A DNA stretch of 64,000 nucleotides from Isosphaeraceae bacterium (GTDB lineage: Bacteria; Planctomycetota; Planctomycetia; Isosphaerales; Isosphaeraceae): NCBI GenBank assembly GCA_965201075.1, contig CBDAVP010000015.1:124001-188000 (forward strand). Reading direction: 5' to 3'. The stretch's first letter is position 1. Each line of letters opens with the position of its first letter. A model generated the notes under the pieces. The model was not told the DNA's origin, searched no databases, and saw only the letters and a list, made by a program, of their open reading frames with translations. The translations under genes were made by a program, and so were the position numbers. Positions 9,257-17,927 of this stretch are shown in pieces.

Positions 9257-10756
9257 ATGGGCACTACCAGCGATTACCTCGCCCTGGATCTCGGGGCCGA
9301 GAGCGGTCGGGGGCTTCTGGGCCGATTTGATGGCCAGGCCTTGCAGCTCGAAGAGGTCCACCGCTTCCCGAACACTCCCGTCCGCATGCTGGATACGCTT
9401 CACTGGGATTTCCCGTTCCTCTTCGGTGAGATGAAAACCGCCCTGGGCAAGGCTGGTGCCCAGGCGCCGGGGCTGGAGTCCGTCGGCGTCGACACCTGGG
9501 GCGTCGACTTTGGACTCATCGGCCGGGGCGACACGCTGCTGGGGAACCCCGTCCACTATCGAGACGCTCGCACCGAAGGGATGATGGACGAGGCTTTCCG
9601 CATCGTCCCTCGCCGCCGCATCTACGAAGCCACCGGCCTCCAGTTCCTCAACATCAACACCCTGTATCAACTCCTGGCCCTCGCCCGAGCGAAGTCGCCC
9701 CTGCTGGACGTGGCCGAAACCTTGCTGATGATCCCCGACCTCGTCGGCTGGCTTTTGACCGGCCGTCGAGCCGGAGAGCGCACCGATTCCTCGACCACCC
9801 AACTCTATGACCCCCGCTCCGGCACCTGGTCCGACGAGCTCTGCCAGGAACTCGGTCTACCTCGCGCCATCCTGCCCGAGCTGATCGACCCCGGCACGGT
9901 GCTGGGCCCGCTCCGATCCTCGCTGGCCGAGGAAGTCGGCCTGCGTCGCCTGAGAGTCGTCGCGCCCGGCACTCACGACACCGCAAGCGCCGTGGCGGCG
10001 GTCCCCACGGTCCGTCCCGCCAGTCTCTCGGGGATGCCCGATTGGTGTTATCTCAGTTCCGGCACCTGGTCCCTGCTGGGGGTCGAGATTCCCCGCCCCA
10101 TCATTGACGACCGCACCCTGGCCGACAACTTCACCAACGAGGGGGGGGTCGCCGGGACCACCCGTCTCCTCAAGAACATCATGGGTCTTTGGCTCGTCCA
10201 GGAATGCAAACGGACCTGGGCCCGGGCCGGCCACGACCACTCCTACGACGAGTTGATCGCTCTGGCCAACGCCGCCCGACCCTTCGCCGCGCTGGTCGAC
10301 CCCGACGACCCCGCCTTCTTCCCCCCCGGCGACATGCCCGCCCGGATCGCCAATGCCTGCGTCCGAACCGGTCAAACCCCGCCGGCCGACGAGGGGGCGG
10401 TCGTCCGCTGCTCCCTGGAAAGCCTTGCCTTGAAATACCGATGGGTGGTCGGCCGACTCCAGGCGATCACCGGCACCCCGATCCGCGCTCTCCATGTCGT
10501 CGGCGGAGGGGCTCGCAACGCCTTGCTCAACCAGTTCACCGCCGATGCCTGCGGAATCCCCGTGATCGCCGGCCCGGTCGAGGCCACCGCCATCGGCAAC
10601 GTCCTGCTCCAAATGATGGCCCTGGGGCGCCTCACCAACCTCGCCGAAGGCCGGGCTCTCGTGGCCCGCTCCTTCCCCGTCACCACCTTTGAGCCCCAGG
10701 ACCCCGCCGCCTGGCAAGACGCCGCCGGCCGGTTCCAAACCCTTCTGGACCGGTGA
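9257..10756 (+). CDS. rhaB: Rhamnulokinase (FGGY family)
   Basis: LALDLGAESGR, VDTWGVDF, HYRDART, HDTASAV, LSSGTWSLLG, FTNEGG, LKNIMGLW, GPVEATAIGN. Confidence 0.9.
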   Translation: MGTTSDYLALDLGAESGRGLLGRFDGQALQLEEVHRFPNTPVRMLDTLHWDFPFLFGEMKTALGKAGAQAPGLESVGVDTWGVDFGLIGRGDTLLGNPVHYRDARTEGMMDEAFRIVPRRRIYEATGLQFLNINTLYQLLALARAKSPLLDVAETLLMIPDLVGWLLTGRRAGERTDSSTTQLYDPRSGTWSDELCQELGLPRAILPELIDPGTVLGPLRSSLAEEVGLRRLRVVAPGTHDTASAVAAVPTVRPASLSGMPDWCYLSSGTWSLLGVEIPRPIIDDRTLADNFTNEGGVAGTTRLLKNIMGLWLVQECKRTWARAGHDHSYDELIALANAARPFAALVDPDDPAFFPPGDMPARIANACVRTGQTPPADEGAVVRCSLESLALKYRWVVGRLQAITGTPIRALHVVGGGARNALLNQFTADACGIPVIAGPVEATAIGNVLLQMMALGRLTNLAEGRALVARSFPVTTFEPQDPAAWQDAAGRFQTLLDR

Positions 10757-12078
10757 CCTCGCCCGTCCCCCATCGCGATCCTGGTCGACCGCTCGGCACG
10801 AACTCCGACGGCCGATACCGTGTCCTCGACGAATCCTCCACCGTCGAGGCCCTGCTTCACCACTCGTTTCCTGTCGAGGTCCTCTCCGGAGCCATGCGCG
10901 CGGCACTGGCCCGCGAGCAAACCAGGCTAGCCGTCAACCGCTGGGTTGACCGTGGCCTCCTCCGTTACCGAGACGCCGGTCGGGAACGCCGGTTCGACTT
11001 CGTCGAGGTCGCCAACGCCATGGCCCTGGCCGGCCGAGACGGCGACCCGTATTACCACGAAGGCCCAATCCACACCTTTCGGCGGGCAGCGACCGAGCTC
11101 GCCCAGAGACCCCGCGATCCCGACGGTCTCCAACGATTCGAAATCCACCTCACCCGCGAGTTCCACTTCCTTCCACCACCCGCCGAAGGCACAACCGCCC
11201 GCCTCAGAATCCCGCTTCCCCTTGAGGACGACCCCTCCACCCGCGAGATCGTCGTCGAACTTCTTCGGCCCGACCCCGCCACGGTCTCGATGACTCGGGG
11301 ACCAGGACGGCTGGAAGTCCGCGTGCCAGTCCCTCGAGACGGTGGACGGGTCGCGGTCGAGGCCCGAATCCGCCTGGCAACATCCCCCGTGGCCGTCGAC
11401 TTGTATCCCCTTGCCATCCAACCCTGGAGAGCCGACGGACCGGAATTTGACCTGTATACCCGGGCGTCCGAGGGACTCATCCACGTCACTCCAACCATCG
11501 TCTCGCTAGGCCAGTCCCTGGCGGGAAGCACCGAGAACCCTTGGGAATTTCTCAACCACTGCTGGCGGTTCTTCTTCGAGCGGATGGCGCTGGGCCGAAT
11601 CCATCACGACGAACTCGACCCCGCCGACCCCCTGGCCGACCTGGTTTCTCGGGGCTGGTTCGACTGCTTCGCCGGGTCGGCCCTGCTGGTGGCTCTCTGC
11701 CGCTCCCGGGGCATCCCCGCCCGCCTGGTCAATGGCATCACCCTGTATGCCAGCATCCCCAGCAACCACTACTGGGCCGAGGTCGCGCTTCTTCCGTTTG
11801 GCTGGGTTCCCCTGGACCTCGCCTGCCGAGAGTTGGCCACGGGCGACTTCACCGACAACCCTTGGGCCCATTACTACTTTGGCCGGCTAGACCCTCGCCT
11901 GACCTGCCAGCGATTCCCCCGCCAGATCGTCGGCCCGATCGGCGTCCGCGTTCCCCCCTCATGGTTCCTCCTGCCCAGCACTGGCCCCGAGGGCTCGCGA
12001 ACGACCCTCCTGGACCTCGACACCGGCGCGACGATTTATCGAGACACGATCCAGGTCCGCCCAGTCACGACTCGCTGA
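10753..12078 (+). CDS. Transglutaminase-like domain protein with N-terminal HTH-like segment
   Basis: GWFDCFAG, ALCRSRGIPARLVNG, HYWAEV, GWVPLD (Cys-His-Asp triad); GTGA overlap with rhaB stop. Confidence 0.8.
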   Translation: MTSPVPHRDPGRPLGTNSDGRYRVLDESSTVEALLHHSFPVEVLSGAMRAALAREQTRLAVNRWVDRGLLRYRDAGRERRFDFVEVANAMALAGRDGDPYYHEGPIHTFRRAATELAQRPRDPDGLQRFEIHLTREFHFLPPPAEGTTARLRIPLPLEDDPSTREIVVELLRPDPATVSMTRGPGRLEVRVPVPRDGGRVAVEARIRLATSPVAVDLYPLAIQPWRADGPEFDLYTRASEGLIHVTPTIVSLGQSLAGSTENPWEFLNHCWRFFFERMALGRIHHDELDPADPLADLVSRGWFDCFAGSALLVALCRSRGIPARLVNGITLYASIPSNHYWAEVALLPFGWVPLDLACRELATGDFTDNPWAHYYFGRLDPRLTCQRFPRQIVGPIGVRVPPSWFLLPSTGPEGSRTTLLDLDTGATIYRDTIQVRPVTTR

Positions 12079-13276
12079 CGTCGCTTCGACCCGGAACAAC
12101 CTCCGCGACGGCCTGGGCAAACCCTCGCCCCACGTTCTCCCAGGCCATCGATTCCGCCACGAGACGCCCCTCGTCGGCCATCTCGTCAAATCGGCGAGGG
12201 TCGGCGAAGACCTCCAGGATCGCCCTCGCGAACGAGTCGGCGTCCTCGGCCGGCAAGTAGTGACGCCCCGCCTCGACCGGGTGGCCCCGCACCCCCACCG
12301 CCGTCGAGACCAGGGGTATTCCCGACGCCCACGCCTCCAGGGCCTTCAGTGACGAACCCGCCCCGTGGAACAGCCCGTTGGCGTAAACCGCTGCTCGGTC
12401 CAGGTAAGGCGCCACCGACGGAACCGTCCCCGTCACCTCCACCTCGGGCTTGCGTAAAAGGCTCACTCCAATCCCCGGGTCCTTGCCACAAAGCACGAGC
12501 TTCGCGGTGGGTTCCACCGCCCGGACCCTCGGCAAAACCTCCTTGGCTAGAAATCGCGCGGCTTGAATGTTCGGTGGCCACATGAATCCCGCGACGAACA
12601 GAATTTCCTTGCCAACCCTTGCCGATGGCCTTCGGAACGAGGTTCCGCGAAGGTCCGCCCCGTTGGGAACGATTCGCGGTCGCGTGTCGATTCCGGCCCT
12701 CTCCCGGATCGTCTCGGCTTCCGCGTCCGTCGCACAGGTCACCAGGGTCGCTCGGGCCCGCGACCTCGCCTCGACGGCTTCCAGAGCCGTGACGAATCGG
12801 GAATTCGTTTCCGCCCCGACCCTCGCCCCGTACGCCGCGATCGCCTGCCGATACGCCAGACTGCCCACGTCGCATTCGTCCAACACCATCGGCACATTCG
12901 GCACCGCCTCGGCCAATTTGGCCGTGTAGACCTGCTGGCAAACGACCACGTCGAACGGCGCCTCCCGGTGCCTCTCGGCCAACAACGCGCCAAGCGGGTC
13001 GTCCGCGGCAAAGCAGATCGCCAGCGCTTCCTCGGTGTAGACCCGACGCAGGCGGGCATAATCGTCCCCCGACAGGACATGAGGAATGACCCGCGCGAAC
13101 GTCCCCCGGCCTTCCAGCCCCGCCATGGGCGCGACATCCTCGGCCCTCGCTCGACAGAACAACTCCACGGGTCCCATCGTGGCCAATCCCCGAGCCAGCC
13201 AAGCCGCCCGGAGCACCATCCCTTCATCTTCCCTCACCATCGGGAAATTGACGACCAGCGCGGTTCGGATCGCCAT
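12065..13276 (-). CDS. Glycosyltransferase family 4
   Basis: IVPNGAD, PNIQAA, VTGTVPSVAPYL, GSSLKALEAWASGIPLVST; GAGGAG RBS before ATG 13276. Confidence 0.85.
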   Translation of the reverse strand: MAIRTALVVNFPMVREDEGMVLRAAWLARGLATMGPVELFCRARAEDVAPMAGLEGRGTFARVIPHVLSGDDYARLRRVYTEEALAICFAADDPLGALLAERHREAPFDVVVCQQVYTAKLAEAVPNVPMVLDECDVGSLAYRQAIAAYGARVGAETNSRFVTALEAVEARSRARATLVTCATDAEAETIRERAGIDTRPRIVPNGADLRGTSFRRPSARVGKEILFVAGFMWPPNIQAARFLAKEVLPRVRAVEPTAKLVLCGKDPGIGVSLLRKPEVEVTGTVPSVAPYLDRAAVYANGLFHGAGSSLKALEAWASGIPLVSTAVGVRGHPVEAGRHYLPAEDADSFARAILEVFADPRRFDEMADEGRLVAESMAWENVGRGFAQAVAEVVPGRSDVSES

Positions 13277-13604
13277 TATCGTCTCCTCGAACCGACCCTC
13301 TCCCACGTCGGCCCCGTTCGCCGAAACCTTACCTTACCCGTCAACCTTGAACACGCGACACATTTCCGCGGTGAGATTCCCAATCCCTCTCCCCATGGTC
13401 ACTCCCCGATCCGCCACGTGGCTCCACGGAATCGAGTCGTGGGATTTCCCAAACACCCATGTTGGATCGATTGACCAATTCCAAAAACTCCTTGTAGACT
13501 CACCCTACGGACCGGCGGGATCTCGGCGACAAACCGCGGCCTAGCCCTCGACGGCTCGACCCGATGGTTATCCCCAACCGCGGACGCCCGGAACGATCCT
13601 TCCC

Positions 13605-14723
13605 ATGCTGGTCAGCGTCGTGATCCGCAGCAAGGACGAGGCGCCTCGCCTCCGCCTGACCCTGGCCGCCCTGAGCCGCCAGTGCGTCCCCCTCATCGCG
13701 TCGGGCTCTCCACTCCCTTCCGCCTCCGATCTCGCCGCCGAGGTGATCGTCGTTGACGATGGCTCGATCGACGGCACCGCCGCGCTCCTTACCGCTGAGG
13801 CCTCGCGACTTCCGTTGCGATCGGTTTCCCTGCAACCCGGCCGAGGCCGAGCGGGAGCCTCCAACGCCGGCGCCGCCCTCTCGAGAGGCGAGGTCCTGCT
13901 GTTCCTCGACGGCGACACCCTCCCCGCGCCCGACCTTATCGAACGCCACGCCCAGGCCCACCGCGAGGCCCGTGGGCTCTTCCGCGGAAAGCCCCACCAC
14001 CTTCGCGGCACCCGCCATTTCCTCGACCCCGAGGCCGGCACACCCCAACCCGGCCGCGAAGCTCAGGTCGCCCGGATGACCCCCGCCGAACTCGACCGCA
14101 ACCGCGTCACCCGCGATCAGATCCTCCGCGACTTCTCCGCCATCGTTCGCCGCGCCCAGCCCGGCATCTACCCAGGCGCTGGCCCCCGTCGCCTCTTCGA
14201 CGCCGAAATGCACGCCCTCCGCCACCTCCCCGACCTCGGCGTCATCTGGATGGCCGCCGCCGGCCACAATCTTTCGGTCAGACGCGCCGACTTCGAGGCC
14301 GTCGGCGGTTTCGACGCACGCTTCATGATGAACGAGCACCGCGAACTCGCCTACCGACTCCAGCAGCGAGGAGCCCCGGTCCGCCTCGTCCCCAACGCCC
14401 ATACCTACCACCTGACACACCGAGAGGGCTGGCGAGACCCGATCGATGTCGAGGACTGGGAGCAAGATTTCCTCGACGCTCACCCCGACCCAGCCGTCCC
14501 TTTGATGTCGCTCTTCTGGCTCAGCCTGTCCCAGGACCCGGCAATCCCCGAACCCGCCCGTATCCCCACCCTCGCCGCCCTCGAAGCGGTCGCCCTCGAC
14601 CCGGGCCCCATCGACTACCAGGCCATCCGCCTCGCCCACCCCCGCCTCTCCCCGCTACGCTCGCCATCGGTGCGGCCCACGCCCAACCTCCCCAAGGTCC
14701 CGCCCGCCAATCGTGTCTTTTGA
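13605..14723 (+). CDS. Glycosyltransferase family 2
   Basis: VSVVI, VIVVDDGSIDGT, NAGA, LFLDGD (DxD), VGGFDARF, EHRELAYRL. Confidence 0.85.
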   Translation: MLVSVVIRSKDEAPRLRLTLAALSRQCVPLIASGSPLPSASDLAAEVIVVDDGSIDGTAALLTAEASRLPLRSVSLQPGRGRAGASNAGAALSRGEVLLFLDGDTLPAPDLIERHAQAHREARGLFRGKPHHLRGTRHFLDPEAGTPQPGREAQVARMTPAELDRNRVTRDQILRDFSAIVRRAQPGIYPGAGPRRLFDAEMHALRHLPDLGVIWMAAAGHNLSVRRADFEAVGGFDARFMMNEHRELAYRLQQRGAPVRLVPNAHTYHLTHREGWRDPIDVEDWEQDFLDAHPDPAVPLMSLFWLSLSQDPAIPEPARIPTLAALEAVALDPGPIDYQAIRLAHPRLSPLRSPSVRPTPNLPKVPPANRVF

Positions 14724-14790
14724 GTCACCAAAAGCTCCAAGTCGGCATCTTACCTGGGGTGTTGACGCGCTCCTTCGGAGTTCCGATTTC

Positions 14791-15117
14791 ATGCTGTACC
14801 GACTGAGGATGCCCGAACTGGTCGAGGGAGCCCACGACTTCTGTATCCTGCAATGGCACAAGGAGCCCGACAACGCCTACGACGAGGGGGATTTGCTCCT
14901 CGAAGTCGAGACGGAAAAGTCGATCATCGAGGTCCGGGCCCCAGCCCCCGGCGTGCTCCGTCGATCGCTCCGCGAGCCCGGCCAGTGGCTTCCCTTCGGC
15001 GCTGATATCGCTCTGGTCAGCGACCAACCCGACGATCCGACCCCGCCGCTGTCGACGTCGTCCGAACCCCTTCCCGCCGACCTGCCAGCGCTCGACGCGT
15101 CTCTGGATATCGGCTGA
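14791..15117 (+). CDS. Stand-alone lipoyl/biotinyl attachment domain protein
   Basis: MPEL...ILQWHK...EGDLLLEVETEKSIIEVRAPAPGVL with the lipoylation-type ETEK lysine. Confidence 0.8.
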   Translation: MLYRLRMPELVEGAHDFCILQWHKEPDNAYDEGDLLLEVETEKSIIEVRAPAPGVLRRSLREPGQWLPFGADIALVSDQPDDPTPPLSTSSEPLPADLPALDASLDIG

Positions 15118-15147
15118 ACTCGTCGCCGAAAACTCAAGGGCCCGACC

Positions 15148-16059
15148 ATGCTCCCGCTGGCCCGCAACCGTCCGCGACTTCCGACCACCTGCCCGACCCG
15201 TCCCTCCCACCTGGAAATCCTCCAGAAGGGCGACAGGTCCCCACCGGTCATCGTCGTCGGTCTGCCCGAGCCCCTGGCGGCCCTGACTCCGCCCCGCCCC
15301 CAGCCGCCGCCCCTCTGGTGGCTCAGGCTCGACGGTCTCTACGGTCCGCCCGACGCCATCCGGCCCATTCCCGAGATCGCCGCCGCTTTCGCCCTCGACA
15401 TCCAAGGCGCCAACCCACCTGGACCCATCACCCTCGTCGGCTACTCCTTTGGCGGCCTGATTGCCCTGGATCTTGCCCACCGTTTACGACGGGACGGCCG
15501 CCCCGCCCGCGTCTTGCTCCTGGAGCCCTCGTTGCCGGGAATCCTGCCCACTCGCGCCAAGCCCCGCCATCGCGCTTTGCTTGCCGCCCGCGACCTGTCC
15601 AAGACGATCCCCGGCGAACGCCCCATCCAAAGCTTCCACGATGCCCTCGCCGTTTACGACGCCGGTGGCCTCGCCGAGATTCGCCGCCGGCTCGCCCTCA
15701 AGTGGGAACGGACCGTCACCCGCGCCGTCCGCGAGCGTTTCCTTCGCCCCCGCCTGGATGCCCGGGTCTCACGGGGCCTTCCCCTGCGTCCCCGTCAACG
15801 AGACTGGTGGTACTTCGAACCTCAGGTGCGCGACCGCACCCTGGACCATGCCATCCCCCCCGACCCCGGCTCGATCCACCTCGCCGGGGGTCCCACCTGG
15901 TTTGCTCGCTTTGGACCGACCTGGGAAATTCTCACTGCTCCCCACCCGATGACCCCTCACGAACTCCCCCTCTCGCAAACTCACCACGACCTTCATGAAA
16001 CCTCGGTCGCGGCGCCCTGGGTCGCCCTCATCGACCGCTGGGCCCAGAAATCCGCCTGA
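15148..16059 (+). CDS. Thioesterase-domain alpha/beta hydrolase (NRPS/PKS TE-like)
   Basis: IPEIAAAFALDIQ...PPGPITLVGYSFGGLIALDLAHRL (GxSxG) and C-terminal HHDL. Confidence 0.75.
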   Translation: MLPLARNRPRLPTTCPTRPSHLEILQKGDRSPPVIVVGLPEPLAALTPPRPQPPPLWWLRLDGLYGPPDAIRPIPEIAAAFALDIQGANPPGPITLVGYSFGGLIALDLAHRLRRDGRPARVLLLEPSLPGILPTRAKPRHRALLAARDLSKTIPGERPIQSFHDALAVYDAGGLAEIRRRLALKWERTVTRAVRERFLRPRLDARVSRGLPLRPRQRDWWYFEPQVRDRTLDHAIPPDPGSIHLAGGPTWFARFGPTWEILTAPHPMTPHELPLSQTHHDLHETSVAAPWVALIDRWAQKSA

Positions 16060-16102
16060 ATCTCCCGGCGGCCCGGTGGTCACTCCCTTTCGCGAGCCTG
16101 GC

Positions 16103-16732
16103 TCAGCGACGAGGAACCGCCGTCCCACAATGCCGGCAGACCTCGGCGCTCAGATGGACCGGCTTGCGACAGGACGGGCAAACGCGCAACCCCGCCTCGG
16201 TCTTCGCCGGAGCCGAACCCGCCAGCGCGATCGACGGGACATTTAGGCCCGGCAGCGCCGACGCCGATGGCCCCGGAATGTCCGATTCCTCCGGTCCTGG
16301 AGGGGCGTGTGCTCTTCCCCACGCTTCCAGGCGCGACCGCTCGACCGCGGTCATCTCCACGGTCCTCGCCCCCGCTCCGCCTCCCGACCGAGTCGCGACC
16401 GCGGAATTTCCCGGACCCGGCAAAGGCGTGGCGGACGCGGTCGCCGCCGGCACCGGAACCATGACCCCACAATCCGGGCACTGACCATACCCCGGCGCCT
16501 GAGACGCCTCAACCTTGAGCCGTTTTCCGCAATCGCAACGAAAACGGACAAACCCATCTCCGACCACCGCGGCAGGAGCCGGGATCACCGGTGCGGGGAC
16601 CGACGCGGGGGGCGTCGCGGTCGTCTTGGGCCGGACACGCAGGCGCGACCCACACGCCGAACAGACCACCCATTCCCCCCCATCTGCGGGAATTATCAAC
16701 AATTGGCCGCAACGGCAGGTTGCCCGCGGCAT
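16103..16732 (-). CDS. Multi zinc-ribbon hypothetical protein
   Basis: CRCG/CSACG, CDCG/CPDCG, CPSC/CRHCG pairs separated by Pro/Ala-rich linkers. Confidence 0.7.
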   Translation of the reverse strand: MPRATCRCGQLLIIPADGGEWVVCSACGSRLRVRPKTTATPPASVPAPVIPAPAAVVGDGFVRFRCDCGKRLKVEASQAPGYGQCPDCGVMVPVPAATASATPLPGPGNSAVATRSGGGAGARTVEMTAVERSRLEAWGRAHAPPGPEESDIPGPSASALPGLNVPSIALAGSAPAKTEAGLRVCPSCRKPVHLSAEVCRHCGTAVPRR

Positions 16733-16800
16733 GCACTCACTCCCCTACGACGAGACCGATCCGCACTTACGGATGTTTGCAAGCAACTATGACGCCAGAC

Positions 16801-17661
16801 TTAGCGACGCCCCCCGATCAAGAGGCTCTCGGGGGCGATCAGCACGTTCAAGCTACCCGACCGAAATCCCTCCAGATCGAGCGTGACGAATTTGAATCCT
16901 AGCTCACGGAACACCCTCACCAACTCGTCGCGAACCTCGGGAACCGCGAGACCCGGAAGTTCCTCCAGGGGAACTTCGATCCTGGCGAGGTCCCCTTTGT
17001 GATACCGAACCCGCAACAGCCGCAAACCTCGTCCCTTCAGCCAGCGCTCGGCCTCATCCACCATCCGGGTCCGTTCGGGAGTGACCGCCTCTCCGTAGGC
17101 GATCCGGCTCGAAAGGCAAGGTGTCGCCGGTTTATCCCAGGTGGGCAGGTCCCACGCCTTCGCCAACGCCCTCACCCTCGACTTGTCCAGGCCGCACTCT
17201 TGCAAGGGGTGTCTCACCCCCTGCTCGGCGGCGGCCTTCATTCCGGGACGATGGTCCCCCGAGTCGTCGGCGTTGGCCCCCGAGGCGATCACCTCCGCTC
17301 CCAGGGTCTCGAGCATCCCCGCCAGCCGCCCGTAAAGCTCGCTCTTGCAGAAGTAACAGCGGTCGGTCCCATTGCGGAGATAGTTCGGGTCGGCGAACTC
17401 CTCGGTACGGATCACTCGGTAAGCGATCCCGATCCGCCGGGCCAGCGCTTCCGCGTCCTCCAGTTCACCGGCGGCCAGGCTGTCCGAAACGGCCGTAACG
17501 GCGACGGCCTGGTCCCCCAATGCTTCCAGCGCCGCCCGCGCCACCACCGCGCTGTCCACCCCTCCCGAGAACGCCACCGCCACCCGCCCATAACCTCTCA
17601 AGGTTTCGAGCAGTCGATCGCGATCGTCGCAAAGCCCGCTATCGGTCCAGTCGCTCACCAC
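16801..17661 (-). CDS. larE: ATP-dependent sacrificial sulfur transferase LarE
   Basis: AFSGGVDS PP-loop, DRCYFCK, DHRPG, KPATPCLSSRI, RVRYH, GFKFVTLDLEGFRSGSLN; GGAGG RBS then GTG. Confidence 0.9.
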   Translation of the reverse strand: MVSDWTDSGLCDDRDRLLETLRGYGRVAVAFSGGVDSAVVARAALEALGDQAVAVTAVSDSLAAGELEDAEALARRIGIAYRVIRTEEFADPNYLRNGTDRCYFCKSELYGRLAGMLETLGAEVIASGANADDSGDHRPGMKAAAEQGVRHPLQECGLDKSRVRALAKAWDLPTWDKPATPCLSSRIAYGEAVTPERTRMVDEAERWLKGRGLRLLRVRYHKGDLARIEVPLEELPGLAVPEVRDELVRVFRELGFKFVTLDLEGFRSGSLNVLIAPESLLIGGRR

Positions 17662-17927
17662 GCACCTCCGGTCCGGGGGGCCTCGCGATTTCTCGACCCA
17701 TTGTAGGCCGACAGCCGCCCACCTCTCAAGAACTTCCGGGCCGACGAGGGACGCCGTCCGGGAGAATCGCCCAAACCGCCTTCGCAAAAAAATTCGCGAT
17801 GGACCGAAAAAAGTCCGTACGAAGCAGGCCGACGGTCACGATGGTGAAGGGTGGAGGGGTACGGAATCGGGGAGCCGGGCGGCCGAACGGCCTGGTTTTG
17901 CCAGCGTCCCCCTCCGAGACCGACTCG

